NCBI GenBank assembly: GCA_963780225.1
Contig: CAWAAX010000014.1
Location: forward strand, 58,326 to 122,325
Direction: 5' to 3'
Origin: an uncultured bacterium
Lineage (GTDB): Bacteria > Edwardsbacteria > AC1 > EtOH8
Length of the DNA: 64,000 bases
A program made the position numbers and the translations under genes. This document shows positions 40,938-50,295 of the stretch, in pieces (position 1 is the first letter of the stretch; each line of letters starts with the position of its first letter). The notes under the pieces were generated by a model. That model had not been told where the DNA came from. It saw only the letters and a program-made list of their open reading frames with translations, and searched no databases.

Positions 40938-41750
40938 TTAGTCCAAAGTAAAGGTAACCGGATACATCACCCAAACCCGGACCGCCTTGCCGCCCGGAGC
41001 CATGGCCGGAGTAAAGAGACACTGCTTGGCTGCGATTACCGCCGCTTCATCCAGATCGTCAAATCCCGAGCTTTTCGCCACATCGGCCTGCTTGACATGG
41101 CCGTCGATGTCGATCAACAGATACAGGATGACCTTGCCCGATGAGCCTCTCTGCTTGGCCATGGAGGGATATACCGGAGCCACTTTTTTCACGATCTCCG
41201 GAGTCTTCTCCATTGCTTTGAACTCGCCCTTGCCGGCGTAAACTTCTTCATCCACCATCCCCGCCGTAGCGGAAGCCTCTCCGCTGGTGGCCAGACCAGC
41301 CGACATGGCGCCCATCTGGGACTGGGTGGCGGCGTCCTCGTCGCCCGCCTGTTCGTCAGGTACCGGCTTGGGAACGCCCTGAGTGGGGGCCGCTCCCGGA
41401 GCGGTCTTCGAAACCTGCTCCTGGGCCACATCAGAACCTGTCAGGGACGGCGGCGCCCCCAGCTGGCTGTAGGTTATCCTGACCATCGGGGCATCCACCA
41501 CCGGCTTGTGCGCTTCAATGTAAGCGTTGACCGCAAAGTAGGAAAGCCCGGCCAGTATCAGGATCAGCGACGATGACAAGGTCAGCAACAGTGATTTCTT
41601 GAGATGCAGGGGCATCAGGATCTTGGACTGCTGCACCCCGAATCCAATGGCCGCCGTCTGCTTGGACTGAAGCATCACCACGAAGGTGGCTATCAATGTG
41701 CCCACCAGCGCCCCGATCACAGGCAAAAGTATTTCAGCAGTTACTTGCAT
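40938..41750 (-). CDS. tonB: energy transducer TonB
   Basis: 270 aa; N-terminal TM anchor, Pro/Ala-rich linker, C-terminal TonB_C fold (GKVILYLLIDIDGHV...AVRVWVMYPVTFTL). Confidence 0.7.
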   Translation of the reverse strand: MQVTAEILLPVIGALVGTLIATFVVMLQSKQTAAIGFGVQQSKILMPLHLKKSLLLTLSSSLILILAGLSYFAVNAYIEAHKPVVDAPMVRITYSQLGAPPSLTGSDVAQEQVSKTAPGAAPTQGVPKPVPDEQAGDEDAATQSQMGAMSAGLATSGEASATAGMVDEEVYAGKGEFKAMEKTPEIVKKVAPVYPSMAKQRGSSGKVILYLLIDIDGHVKQADVAKSSGFDDLDEAAVIAAKQCLFTPAMAPGGKAVRVWVMYPVTFTLD

Positions 41751-41752
41751 GA

Positions 41753-42490
41753 TTATTTGCCTCCTTTCTTGGCTTGGCCGGCTTTCTTTTTAGCGTCATC
41801 GATGGCCTTGATGTCCTCCGGGGTCTGTTCCAATATGGAGAAACGGGCCACCTGGTTCTGTTGCACCGCATCCATTATGGTTACCACGTTGTTGTAACTG
41901 CTCTCACGGTTGACCTTGATCAGCACGGTCAACCGGCAGATCTTCTCATCCCGCACCTTGTTTAGACTATCTAAAAGGTGACGTACATCTGCGTCTTTTT
42001 CCTTGCCCTTGATCTTTGCCAGAAAATCATTGTAACGCTGGATAAATTCAGGACCACTTTCATACAGCACCCCAGTTCGTCCGTCTATATGGGGTTTCTC
42101 CTGCCTTTTGATATTATCCAGTTTGAGTTTGCTCACTAAATTATCTATGGAATCAACCTGCACCGGGACCGGCACATCGGCAGCCATATTCTGCAAAATA
42201 ACTCCATCACCCATAATATTTATGGTCAATACGTTAGATTGCGGTAGTTTTTTTACTGCCGTGGTATCCTGAACCTCAGGCGGCAGGTTTATTTCGATGG
42301 CCTGGGGTTCCCGGAATCTGGTGGTGGTCATGAAGAAAATCACCAGCAAAAAGCCTATATCCACCATCGGGGTCATGTCCAAAACTATGCCTGGCCGGCC
42401 CTTGCGTTTTCGAAGTCCGGGGCCCTTTTTACCAGTTTCTTGTGGCCCCATGTCTACTGCGCCCATGCCATCACCTCCCTTCCTCGCCAA
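41753..42490 (-). CDS. exbD: biopolymer transport protein ExbD/TolR (long form)
   Basis: MTPMVDIGFLLVIFFMTTT is the ExbD TM signature; 245 aa with a C-terminal extension. Confidence 0.8.
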   Translation of the reverse strand: MARKGGDGMGAVDMGPQETGKKGPGLRKRKGRPGIVLDMTPMVDIGFLLVIFFMTTTRFREPQAIEINLPPEVQDTTAVKKLPQSNVLTINIMGDGVILQNMAADVPVPVQVDSIDNLVSKLKLDNIKRQEKPHIDGRTGVLYESGPEFIQRYNDFLAKIKGKEKDADVRHLLDSLNKVRDEKICRLTVLIKVNRESSYNNVVTIMDAVQQNQVARFSILEQTPEDIKAIDDAKKKAGQAKKGGK

Positions 42491-43244
42491 AGGTAGCTTT
42501 GGCGTCAGTTTTAAGGTTAGTAACTAAGCTGAATCTTAGCATGTTGACGTCCTGTTTCTGCAGTATCTTGGTCAGGTCCAGCATCTTGCCGGAAAGGCAG
42601 TTCTTGTCCACCATCATCACCATCATCAGCCTGGGGTTCCGGATGCGCTCCTCCACCACCGTGCTGCCCACCTGGTCCAGGGGCAGGGGTTGGGAGGCAT
42701 CGCGCCCGGTGGCATACCAGATCATCATGCTGTCGATCCTGGCATTCATCTGCTCCGGCTTTAGTAAAGCTATCTCCTGTTTGGCCAGCTTGGTGACGAA
42801 GTTGCCGTGGCGCCGCACCTCGGTGATGGCCAACTCGGCCGCCCGGCCCCGGCTTAGGGGTTTGCCCGGCGACTTTACTATATCCATCAACAATTCCTGG
42901 GAGGCCAGCGGCAACAGGGTTCCTCCCATGCCTTTTAAGCCTTCCACCGTAGCCTCGGACTGCAGGGAAGCTTCCCGGATGTTGTTGATCAGGTTGACCA
43001 GGGTGGTGGGCCCGATGCTTTCGGCCAAGGCTTTGGCCTCTTCCGGGGCCAGCACGTTGACCATCATCACATTGGCTTCCGGCACCTTGAACGGGGACCG
43101 CGACTCCGGCAGCACCACATCCACGGTGATCGGGGGCCTGGCGTTGTAAGTGGACATGAAGAAGATTACCAGCAGAAAGGCGATGTCAACCATCGGGGTC
43201 ATGTCCAGCACGATCCTGGCCCGACGTTTCATCTTTACCGACAT
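42471..43244 (-). CDS. exbD: biopolymer transport protein ExbD/TolR (second paralog)
   Basis: MTPMVDIAFLLVIFFMSTY signature; 257 aa. Confidence 0.8.
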   Translation of the reverse strand: MSVKMKRRARIVLDMTPMVDIAFLLVIFFMSTYNARPPITVDVVLPESRSPFKVPEANVMMVNVLAPEEAKALAESIGPTTLVNLINNIREASLQSEATVEGLKGMGGTLLPLASQELLMDIVKSPGKPLSRGRAAELAITEVRRHGNFVTKLAKQEIALLKPEQMNARIDSMMIWYATGRDASQPLPLDQVGSTVVEERIRNPRLMMVMMVDKNCLSGKMLDLTKILQKQDVNMLRFSLVTNLKTDAKATFGEEGR

Positions 43245-43245
43245 C

Positions 43246-44067
43246 TTATTTTTCTCCTATGGTCAGCAGCTGCTGCATCTCGTAGATCGCCTCATCGGTG
43301 GCGAACTGGAACTGCGACACTTTGTTCATAAAGAAGTTGTTGGCCACGATGCCGCCGATGCCGTTAAGCAAACCGCCGGCAGTATTGATAAGGGCCTCGG
43401 AGATCCCCAGGGCCAGCTGCGAGGCGTCCGGCGCTCCGGCGTTGGACATGGCCTGGAATGACCGGATCATGCCGACGGTGGTTCCCAGCAGACCGACCAT
43501 GGTGCCGATGGAGGCGATGGTGGTCAGCATAATCAGGTTGCGCTCCAGCAGCGGGGTCTCCAGCATGTTGGCCTCTTCAATGGATCTCTGCACCTCGGCA
43601 TGTTTCTTGTCCGAGGTCAGATCGCTGTTCTGCACGGCTATGTGCTTTTCCAGGCCGGCCCGCAGCACGTTGGCGGTGGATCCCTTCTGGGATTCGCAGG
43701 CGGCGATGGCCAGGGAAAGGTTGCCCGAACGGATGTGCTCCCGGAATTCCTGCATGAACACCGGGATGGGCTTGGCTCCCCGGGCCCGGGCCAGAGTAAA
43801 TGACCGCTCAATGACATAGGTGATTAGCAGTACCAGCAGGGTGATCAGAATCATCACGATCGGACCGCCGTCCCTGATGTATTTGGGCAGGGTGTTGAAT
43901 ATCACGTAAGACACGGCCCCGCCGATCAGATAGAGGAACAGGGTGACCAGGCCCATTTTCTTGGAAAAAGCCAGGGCCAAACCCAGGCCCAGGGCTACAA
44001 CGGCTGGAAGCACTCCCATTAACAGGATCTTGACTATGAAAGGAGCTTCAGAAAGTCCCTTTAACAT
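43246..44067 (-). CDS. exbB: MotA/TolQ/ExbB proton-channel protein
   Basis: 273 aa; three TM helices and conserved ExbB C-terminal region (GLLGTTVGMIRSF...); heads the exbB-exbD-exbD-tonB cluster. Confidence 0.8.
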   Translation of the reverse strand: MLKGLSEAPFIVKILLMGVLPAVVALGLGLALAFSKKMGLVTLFLYLIGGAVSYVIFNTLPKYIRDGGPIVMILITLLVLLITYVIERSFTLARARGAKPIPVFMQEFREHIRSGNLSLAIAACESQKGSTANVLRAGLEKHIAVQNSDLTSDKKHAEVQRSIEEANMLETPLLERNLIMLTTIASIGTMVGLLGTTVGMIRSFQAMSNAGAPDASQLALGISEALINTAGGLLNGIGGIVANNFFMNKVSQFQFATDEAIYEMQQLLTIGEK

Positions 44068-44252
44068 TTAAAAATTTCCTCCCTAAAAAGATTGTATTTG
44101 TTTTGTTGACTCTATTTTTTCAAGAGTCGTTTATTTTGGGACAACCAAACTTGCCCCCGGTGTCTTTAATTAGGTTGACTTTTTTAAATGATCCTCCTTA
44201 TGTTCTGGCCCTCCTTAAGTTTGTTTTTTTTTATTCAGTTTGTAAATATGTT

Positions 44253-45770
44253 TTAATCCCAGATCTCGATCTTGGGCTTCATGTCAGTTAGAATGCCGTT
44301 TGCGGTCTGGTTGCCCGGATCGATCTTCAAAATGGCGTTGCATTCCGTCTTGGTCAGGACCTTGTATTTGGCTTCCTTGAAATTCTTGTAAATGAAATAA
44401 TAGTGCTGAGCCACCGATTCCATCACCGGCACCACTTCCATATCGGGTTTGGTCTTTTTCTCCATCTTCAGCTTGCGGGCCTCGCTGAAACAGTTCAATG
44501 CTTCCAGATACAGGGCTTTGGCTTCGGGACTTTTGGCGTTTTTCAGGGCCTGGGCTTTGAGCGAATTGGACATGCCCATCATGTACCAAGCGCCGTAGGC
44601 TGTCTTGGGGTTCTGCTTGATCCTTCTCTTGAACCACTCAATGGCCTGGTCGTATTTGCCGCCCTGATAATAGGCGGTGGCCTTGTCGTAATAACTGTTC
44701 TCTACCTTGGCCGGGTCAAGTTCGCAGGCCTTGTCGAAACAAACGATGGAGGAATCGAAACTGGCCCGGGCATTTAAAGTATCCTTGGCATCCCAATAGG
44801 TGTTTCCCAGCTTGATGTATACCTTTCCCGCTTCGTACCAGCGCTCGGCGTCCACCGGGGAAATCTCCAGGGCCTTGCTGAAGGCCTGGGCCGATTGTTG
44901 GTAGTTCTTCAGATCGCGGTTCAGGCTGGCCAGCAGGTACCAGGCTCCGTCGTTGTTGGGGTCAAGTTTTATCGATTTTTCGATCATGGCGACGGCCACG
45001 GGGAAAAGGGTGGAATCTTTTTGTACCTGGTAAGCCTTAGCCAGCATAAAATATCCCACCGCATCCTTGGGGGCCAGTTCGGTGTATCTTTTGAAATAGT
45101 TGGCTGCCTGAGAATACTGCTTCTTTTCGTAATAGGCATTGCCCAGGTCCAGGTTGGCCTCGGCCAAATTGGGGTTCATCTGAATGGCCTGAAGGTATTC
45201 GGCCATGGCGTCCTCGAATTTCCGCTGCCGGTAATACAGGTTGGCCAGCCCGTTATGGGCTCCGCCGTTGTTGGGATCCATCTGCAGCACCTGGCGGTAT
45301 TCAGAGCCGGCTTCGTTAAGCATGCCCTTGGCCAGGTAGATATTCCCCAGCCGGTAGCGCAGGTCCATGTCATTGGTATTCTTGACCAGCATTTCCTTGT
45401 ACAGCGCTTCAGCCTCGTCCAGCTTGCCGGCCTTGAAATAGGCGATGGCCAGTTCCTTCTGAGCGCCGTCATGTTTCAGAACCAGAGCCACCTTCAGGCT
45501 GCCAATGGCCTCATCGAACATGCTGCGGTCCAGATATAGCGCGCCCAGCCGGTAATGGGCTTCGGCCATCTTTGGCTTGAGGATGATGGCCTGCCTCAGC
45601 AGGTCTATTTCCTGGTCGTATTCCCCTGCCTGATCGGCGGTTTGGGCTTGGATCAACAAATCCTCGGCCTTTACTTTCGCAGCCTGACCGGTGGTGGCGC
45701 AACCGCACAGTAGCACGAAGGCCATTGAGACGGGAAAAAGCACTCTCCAAAGATGTTGCTGGCTTTTCAT
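44253..45770 (-). CDS. TPR-repeat lipoprotein
   Basis: 505 aa; lipobox LLCGCAT; more than 8 TPR units (AxxYxxLGNxYxxxxxYxxAxxxF). Confidence 0.65.
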   Translation of the reverse strand: MKSQQHLWRVLFPVSMAFVLLCGCATTGQAAKVKAEDLLIQAQTADQAGEYDQEIDLLRQAIILKPKMAEAHYRLGALYLDRSMFDEAIGSLKVALVLKHDGAQKELAIAYFKAGKLDEAEALYKEMLVKNTNDMDLRYRLGNIYLAKGMLNEAGSEYRQVLQMDPNNGGAHNGLANLYYRQRKFEDAMAEYLQAIQMNPNLAEANLDLGNAYYEKKQYSQAANYFKRYTELAPKDAVGYFMLAKAYQVQKDSTLFPVAVAMIEKSIKLDPNNDGAWYLLASLNRDLKNYQQSAQAFSKALEISPVDAERWYEAGKVYIKLGNTYWDAKDTLNARASFDSSIVCFDKACELDPAKVENSYYDKATAYYQGGKYDQAIEWFKRRIKQNPKTAYGAWYMMGMSNSLKAQALKNAKSPEAKALYLEALNCFSEARKLKMEKKTKPDMEVVPVMESVAQHYYFIYKNFKEAKYKVLTKTECNAILKIDPGNQTANGILTDMKPKIEIWD

Positions 45771-45809
45771 TTTTATCTCTCCGTTATGTATTGAAAAGGA
45801 TTGAATATT

Positions 45810-46739
45810 CTATTGTTTGATCAGCACCGGGACGGTGGATGGGACCAAACCCTGTTTAGCCAATATCTGCTGCCCATCGTTGGAAGAGGCGAAGGTAATG
45901 AATCCGTGGGCCAGGCTGTACCTGCCGTCAGCATAGGTCCGCTCCAGAGTTTCATTAACGTAGAGATACAGGGGATGGGTCAAGGGATAATTGCCCTCGT
46001 TGACTGTCTTTTGGTTGGGTATAATAAAACCGCTTTCCCTGACCAGACCCACCGCCACCGCTTTGATCCCCTTTTCCTTGGCCGGCGGCCAGACGTCCCA
46101 GTCGCTGTACAAGTAGGACATCGGGACCAACCCGACGGCTCCGGGATATTTCTTCACCATTTCCACTATCTGGGCGTTGGTGCTGCAGGGATAGGCCTTC
46201 TTGGAGTAGGGCTCCCCTTTCATCACTATCTTCTGGAAATATTCGCAGGCTCCCAGGTTGGGCCCGGGGATCACCGCCAGCATCCCCAGACTGCCTCCGG
46301 CAAAGGACCAGCCAGAAACCTTTCCGGTGAATATCTTTTCCAGCTGCTCAAAGGTCAGCTGACGGACTGAGTTCCGGGAGTTGACTATCACCGCCAAACC
46401 GTCGTGGGCGATCTTGTAACCCTTGGCTTTTCCCCCGTTCAGCCGGATGATGGAATCCTCCTCCGCCGTCAGATCGCGCGAGACCACGGCGATCCGGGCC
46501 CGGCCCTCGTTAAGGGCCACTATTCCGGCCTTGGAACCGCCGCCCACGATCACTATCTCGGATTTGGGATAGAGGGCCATGAAGCGCTGGGACTGGCGGC
46601 GCATCATCTTTACCGCACCGTCCGAACCGGCCACCACGATCCGTCCCTCGGTCTGGGTTTCGGTGGATTCCGGTTTTTGCTCGCAGCCCAAAATCACTGC
46701 CGCAGACAGGAGGGCTGTTAAAAAGATTCGAAATTTCAT
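45810..46739 (-). CDS. pstS: PstS-family phosphate-binding lipoprotein (solitary, no pstCAB nearby)
   Basis: 309 aa; lipoprotein signal LGCEQ; PBP-like_2 motifs (VVGGGSKAGI, RDLTAEE). Confidence 0.65.
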   Translation of the reverse strand: MKFRIFLTALLSAAVILGCEQKPESTETQTEGRIVVAGSDGAVKMMRRQSQRFMALYPKSEIVIVGGGSKAGIVALNEGRARIAVVSRDLTAEEDSIIRLNGGKAKGYKIAHDGLAVIVNSRNSVRQLTFEQLEKIFTGKVSGWSFAGGSLGMLAVIPGPNLGACEYFQKIVMKGEPYSKKAYPCSTNAQIVEMVKKYPGAVGLVPMSYLYSDWDVWPPAKEKGIKAVAVGLVRESGFIIPNQKTVNEGNYPLTHPLYLYVNETLERTYADGRYSLAHGFITFASSNDGQQILAKQGLVPSTVPVLIKQ

Positions 46740-46759
46740 TTTTTAACCTTAATCTTGTA

Positions 46760-46788
46760 ATTATAAATAGTTATATAGCCAAAGTCAA
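46760..46788 (-). promoter_or_regulatory. consensus sigma70 promoter TTGACT-N17-TATAAT upstream of the pstS-like gene
   Basis: Minus-strand reading aTTGACTttggctatataactattTATAATtacaag about 20 nt upstream of the SD/ATG. Confidence 0.5.
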
Positions 46789-46891
46789 TAGTAAAAGCAG
46801 AAAAACTTACAATTTATGTGGAAGTCATTTGCCCGGATGAACTCCCCGGGATTGTTGTTGGTAGTGACTTTGGGGAATCCCTTCGGTCTGG

Positions 46892-47767
46892 TTAATTTTT
46901 CCCCTCTAATGCCGCTGACAGCTGCTGGGTCAATTCCGGGTTCAAACCCTGTTCTTTGGCCTTTTCCAGCACGGCCTGGCCCAGCATCCGGTAAACCTGC
47001 TCATAGGGGCCGCCCCAGTTTTTCAGGGCCTGCAAATGGCCCTGGACCGTGGCCAGATCCCCCCGCATGACGGGTCCGGTCAGGGACCCGGACAGGCCGT
47101 TCTGTTTGATGTTTTCTTCCAGACTGTGTACCATGCGGGCCATCATCTGCCCGGCCGATTCCTGGTCCGCCCCGGCTTTGATCAGGGCCTGCTCCGCGCC
47201 CAGCCACAGCGCCACCGCCAGGTACGAGGCCATGGCCCCGGCCGCGTGGTAAAGCGGCTTGTCCTGTGGTTTGACTGTGATGGAGAACCCGTCCAGTGCG
47301 GCCACCATTTCCCTGGCCTGCTCCACCGCCACTGCGTCGCCCTCCAGGGCAAAATAAGCCCCGGCCAGGCTTCCGGCCTGCATCTTCCGGGCGATGCTGA
47401 CGAAGGGATGCAGCGACAGGGTAAAGACCCCGAACAGTTTTAATGAGACCAGTATCCCGGACGGCAGAAAACCCGAGGTGTGGCAGACTATCTGTCCCTT
47501 TTTAAAGGCCTGTTTGGCGGCCAGGTTTTCGGCTACGGCTTTGACGGCCGAGTCCGGCACGGCCAGGATCACCAGGTCGGCCTCCTTGGCGGCGGCGGCC
47601 GCATCGACGGTGGCCAGCGGCGCCCCCAGCGCCTGGGCCGCTTCCAGGGCGGCCCCTTCGTTGACATCGGCCACCGCGATTATCTGATAACCTTTCTGGT
47701 GCAGGGCCAGGGCCAGGCTGGTGCCCAGTTTTCCCGCCCCGATCAGGGCCAGAGTTGGTTTAGCCAT
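46892..47767 (-). CDS. Rossmann-fold NAD(P)-binding protein (ProC/F420-oxidoreductase-like N-domain plus DUF2520-like C-domain)
   Basis: MAKPTLALIGAGKLGTSLALAL carries a GxGxxG dinucleotide-binding motif; 291 aa. Confidence 0.5.
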   Translation of the reverse strand: MAKPTLALIGAGKLGTSLALALHQKGYQIIAVADVNEGAALEAAQALGAPLATVDAAAAAKEADLVILAVPDSAVKAVAENLAAKQAFKKGQIVCHTSGFLPSGILVSLKLFGVFTLSLHPFVSIARKMQAGSLAGAYFALEGDAVAVEQAREMVAALDGFSITVKPQDKPLYHAAGAMASYLAVALWLGAEQALIKAGADQESAGQMMARMVHSLEENIKQNGLSGSLTGPVMRGDLATVQGHLQALKNWGGPYEQVYRMLGQAVLEKAKEQGLNPELTQQLSAALEGKN

Positions 47768-49046
47768 TGGACAATCCTCCCAAAACCAGTGCCGGTGTCT
47801 GGCCCGGGTTGCGGGCCATGTTTTTTTCCACTTTAACGAAGAACAGGTAATAGGAAACGGCCGAAACCGCGTAGCAAAAAGCCGTCAGGTAATAAGGCAC
47901 CGAATAACCGTAACGCTGCATCATCCAGCCGGAGAAGGCCGTGGACAGGGCCCAGGACAGGTTCCAGGCCATGGCGGTGATGCTGTTGGCGGTGGCCCGC
48001 ATTTTCTGGGGCAGTACCTCCATGGTAAAGGCGTTGGAGATGGGCGATGACATCTGCATCAGGCTGGCCCGCATCCAGAAGGCCAGCACCGCCAGAGTCA
48101 GGATGTTGTCCACCGCGCCCAGGGTCACTAAGAATGGAAGAGACAGTAGCTCCATCAGCACCACGGTCTTGACCTTGCCCATCTTCCTGGCCAGCTGGGG
48201 CCCGGCCATCACCGCCAGGGCGGTGGCCACCTGGGCCACCGAAAAATAGACCCCGATCTGGCCGCTGGTGGAATGGAACCTCTGGGCGAAATACAGGTTG
48301 AAGAAAGGGATCACCAGCCCCGCCCCCAGCCCCACCCACAGGTTGCACCAGGAAAATTTGCCGATCAGTTCCCAGTCCTTTTTATTCCCGCCCCAGATCG
48401 GTCCGGCATCGTCCTTCCCGGCGGCTGGGATCTCGGTCATCCGGGACAGGGGATACAGCGAGGCAAAGGCCATGGCCGATCCGGCCACCAAAGTTATCCG
48501 GTAAAACCAAAGCTCGTCCGGGCTTTTGATCAGCAGCCCCAGAATCTCCGGGAGCTTGCCCCCGGCCAGGCTTCCCAGCACCCCGGCCAAAAGGGTCACC
48601 GCAAAAGAAAGCGAGAATAGGTAGGTCCGCTCGCCCGGCCGGCTGTTCTCCATCATGAACGGCGCGGTGGAAATGGTGTAGACAGTGACGGCCAGGCCGC
48701 CCAGGAAGCTTGAGGCCACCAGCAGGCCCTTGCTGACCGTCAGGGCCCTGACCAGCAGGAACAGACTGCCCAAAAAACTGGCCCCCAGCATCGAGCGCTT
48801 GCGGCCGGCCTTGTCCGAGTACATCGCGGCCGGGATGGCGAACAGGCCGAAGGCCAGCCCGCTCAGGGAAAGCATCCCGCCGATGAACCCTTCCTGGAAA
48901 CCGGCCTCTTTCAGATACAGGTTGAAGATCACCCCGACCATGGCGTAGCCCAAACCTATCAGGAAATTGGCCTGCAGGTAAAGCCGGGCGTTGGGAGAAA
49001 AATCCCTGATGGTCTTGATGTAGTTGGTGAAGAATCTTTTTAACAA
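47760..49046 (-). CDS. MFS transporter
   Basis: 428 aa, 12 predicted TM helices, MFS motif A-like GRKRSM / DKAGRKR loop. Confidence 0.75.
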   Translation of the reverse strand: MLKRFFTNYIKTIRDFSPNARLYLQANFLIGLGYAMVGVIFNLYLKEAGFQEGFIGGMLSLSGLAFGLFAIPAAMYSDKAGRKRSMLGASFLGSLFLLVRALTVSKGLLVASSFLGGLAVTVYTISTAPFMMENSRPGERTYLFSLSFAVTLLAGVLGSLAGGKLPEILGLLIKSPDELWFYRITLVAGSAMAFASLYPLSRMTEIPAAGKDDAGPIWGGNKKDWELIGKFSWCNLWVGLGAGLVIPFFNLYFAQRFHSTSGQIGVYFSVAQVATALAVMAGPQLARKMGKVKTVVLMELLSLPFLVTLGAVDNILTLAVLAFWMRASLMQMSSPISNAFTMEVLPQKMRATANSITAMAWNLSWALSTAFSGWMMQRYGYSVPYYLTAFCYAVSAVSYYLFFVKVEKNMARNPGQTPALVLGGLSNG

Positions 49047-49166
49047 AAAAGTCAGAACCTATGATTATATACTTTTGACCGTGGCTTTTTATTCCCTGGA
49101 ATGTTTGTCTAACTTAAGCTAACTCCCGTAAAAAGTAAACGGTGAACTCTAAACTGTAAACAGTTA

Positions 49167-50237
49167 TTAGTCCCCCGTCAACCGTTCCACTATCGCCTGC
49201 TCCAGTTCCCTGCGCCCATTTCCCTCCAGCGCCGAGATGAACAGGGCCTTGGGGTTGCTCCATTTCAGTTCGCTCAGGGTCTTGGCATCCAGCTTGTCTA
49301 TCTTGTTGAATACCAGGATCTCCGGCTTGTCTATCTTCAGGTCCTTCAGCACGGCATGGACCGCGTCCATCTCCTCCTGCCGGGCCCGGTGGGGCGTGTC
49401 TACCAGGTGGAGCATCAGGTCGGCCTCGGCCACCTCCTCCAGCGTGGCCTTGAACGAAGCCACCAGCTGGTGGGGCAGCCGCCGGATGAAGCCCACGGTA
49501 TCGGTCAGCAGGAATTTGTGGCCCGAGGCCAGCACCACCTGCCGGGTGGTGGCATCCAGGGTGGCAAAGAGCCGGTCCTCCACCTTGACCCCGGCCTTGG
49601 ACATCAGGTTCATCAGGGTGGACTTGCCGGCGTTGGTGTAGCCCACCAGGGCCACTTTGAAGATCTGGCTCCGGGATTTGCGCTGGGTCTGGCGCTGGAC
49701 CTCCACCTTCTTCAGCTCCTTCTTCAGGGCGGAGATCCGGTCCTTGATCTTCCGGCGGTCCAGTTCCAGCTGCTTTTCGCCCGGTCCCCTGGTGCCGATG
49801 CCGCCGCCGGGATCGGACATCTGCAGGCCGGCCCCCACCAGGCGGGAGAAGCGGTATTGCAGCTGGGCCATCTCCACCTGGATCTTGGCCTCGGCGGTGC
49901 GGGCGTGCAGGGCAAAGATGTCCATAATCAGCTCCGAGCGGTCTATTACCCGGCAGCCCACCGCTTCCTTGATCTTGAAGGCCTGGCTGGGCGAAAGCGG
50001 GTGGTCGAAGACCACCAGGGTGGCCCCGCTTTCGGCCACCCCCTTGGCCAACTCCTCCACCTTGCCCTTGCCGATGAAATAGGCCGGGTCCGGGCGCTGG
50101 CGCCGCTGGACCACTATGTCTATTACCTGGGCTCCGGCGGTGTTGGCCAGCCGGCCCAGCTCCTCCAGGGATTCCTCGGCCTCGCAGGGATTTGCCCGGC
50201 CGGTCACCAGGCTTACTAAAATTGCTTTTTCGGACAT
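49167..50237 (-). CDS. hflX: GTPase HflX
   Basis: 356 aa; HflX N-domain plus G-domain with G1 GYTNAGKSTL, G3 DTVGF, G4 NKIDK. The longer overlapping same-strand ORF 49114..50277 is a Pro/Gly/Arg-rich high-GC artefact. Confidence 0.85.
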   Translation of the reverse strand: MSEKAILVSLVTGRANPCEAEESLEELGRLANTAGAQVIDIVVQRRQRPDPAYFIGKGKVEELAKGVAESGATLVVFDHPLSPSQAFKIKEAVGCRVIDRSELIMDIFALHARTAEAKIQVEMAQLQYRFSRLVGAGLQMSDPGGGIGTRGPGEKQLELDRRKIKDRISALKKELKKVEVQRQTQRKSRSQIFKVALVGYTNAGKSTLMNLMSKAGVKVEDRLFATLDATTRQVVLASGHKFLLTDTVGFIRRLPHQLVASFKATLEEVAEADLMLHLVDTPHRARQEEMDAVHAVLKDLKIDKPEILVFNKIDKLDAKTLSELKWSNPKALFISALEGNGRRELEQAIVERLTGD

Positions 50238-50295
50238 GGTATAACTTAAAATTGATTATTGATTTATTGCCCGGCACTAATGAGGGGGTGCCGAT

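Noticed and set aside
49114-50277. Long antisense or alternate-frame ORFs in the high-GC half (for example 49114..50277 over hflX, 36179..36928 and 36457..37407 over pyrC, 16456..17054 over the dehydrogenase, 20034..20906 over gmd)
   Set aside because: Pro/Gly/Arg-rich low-complexity translations typical of stop-codon-poor frames in about 60% GC DNA. Each overlaps a well-supported gene carrying recognisable catalytic motifs.
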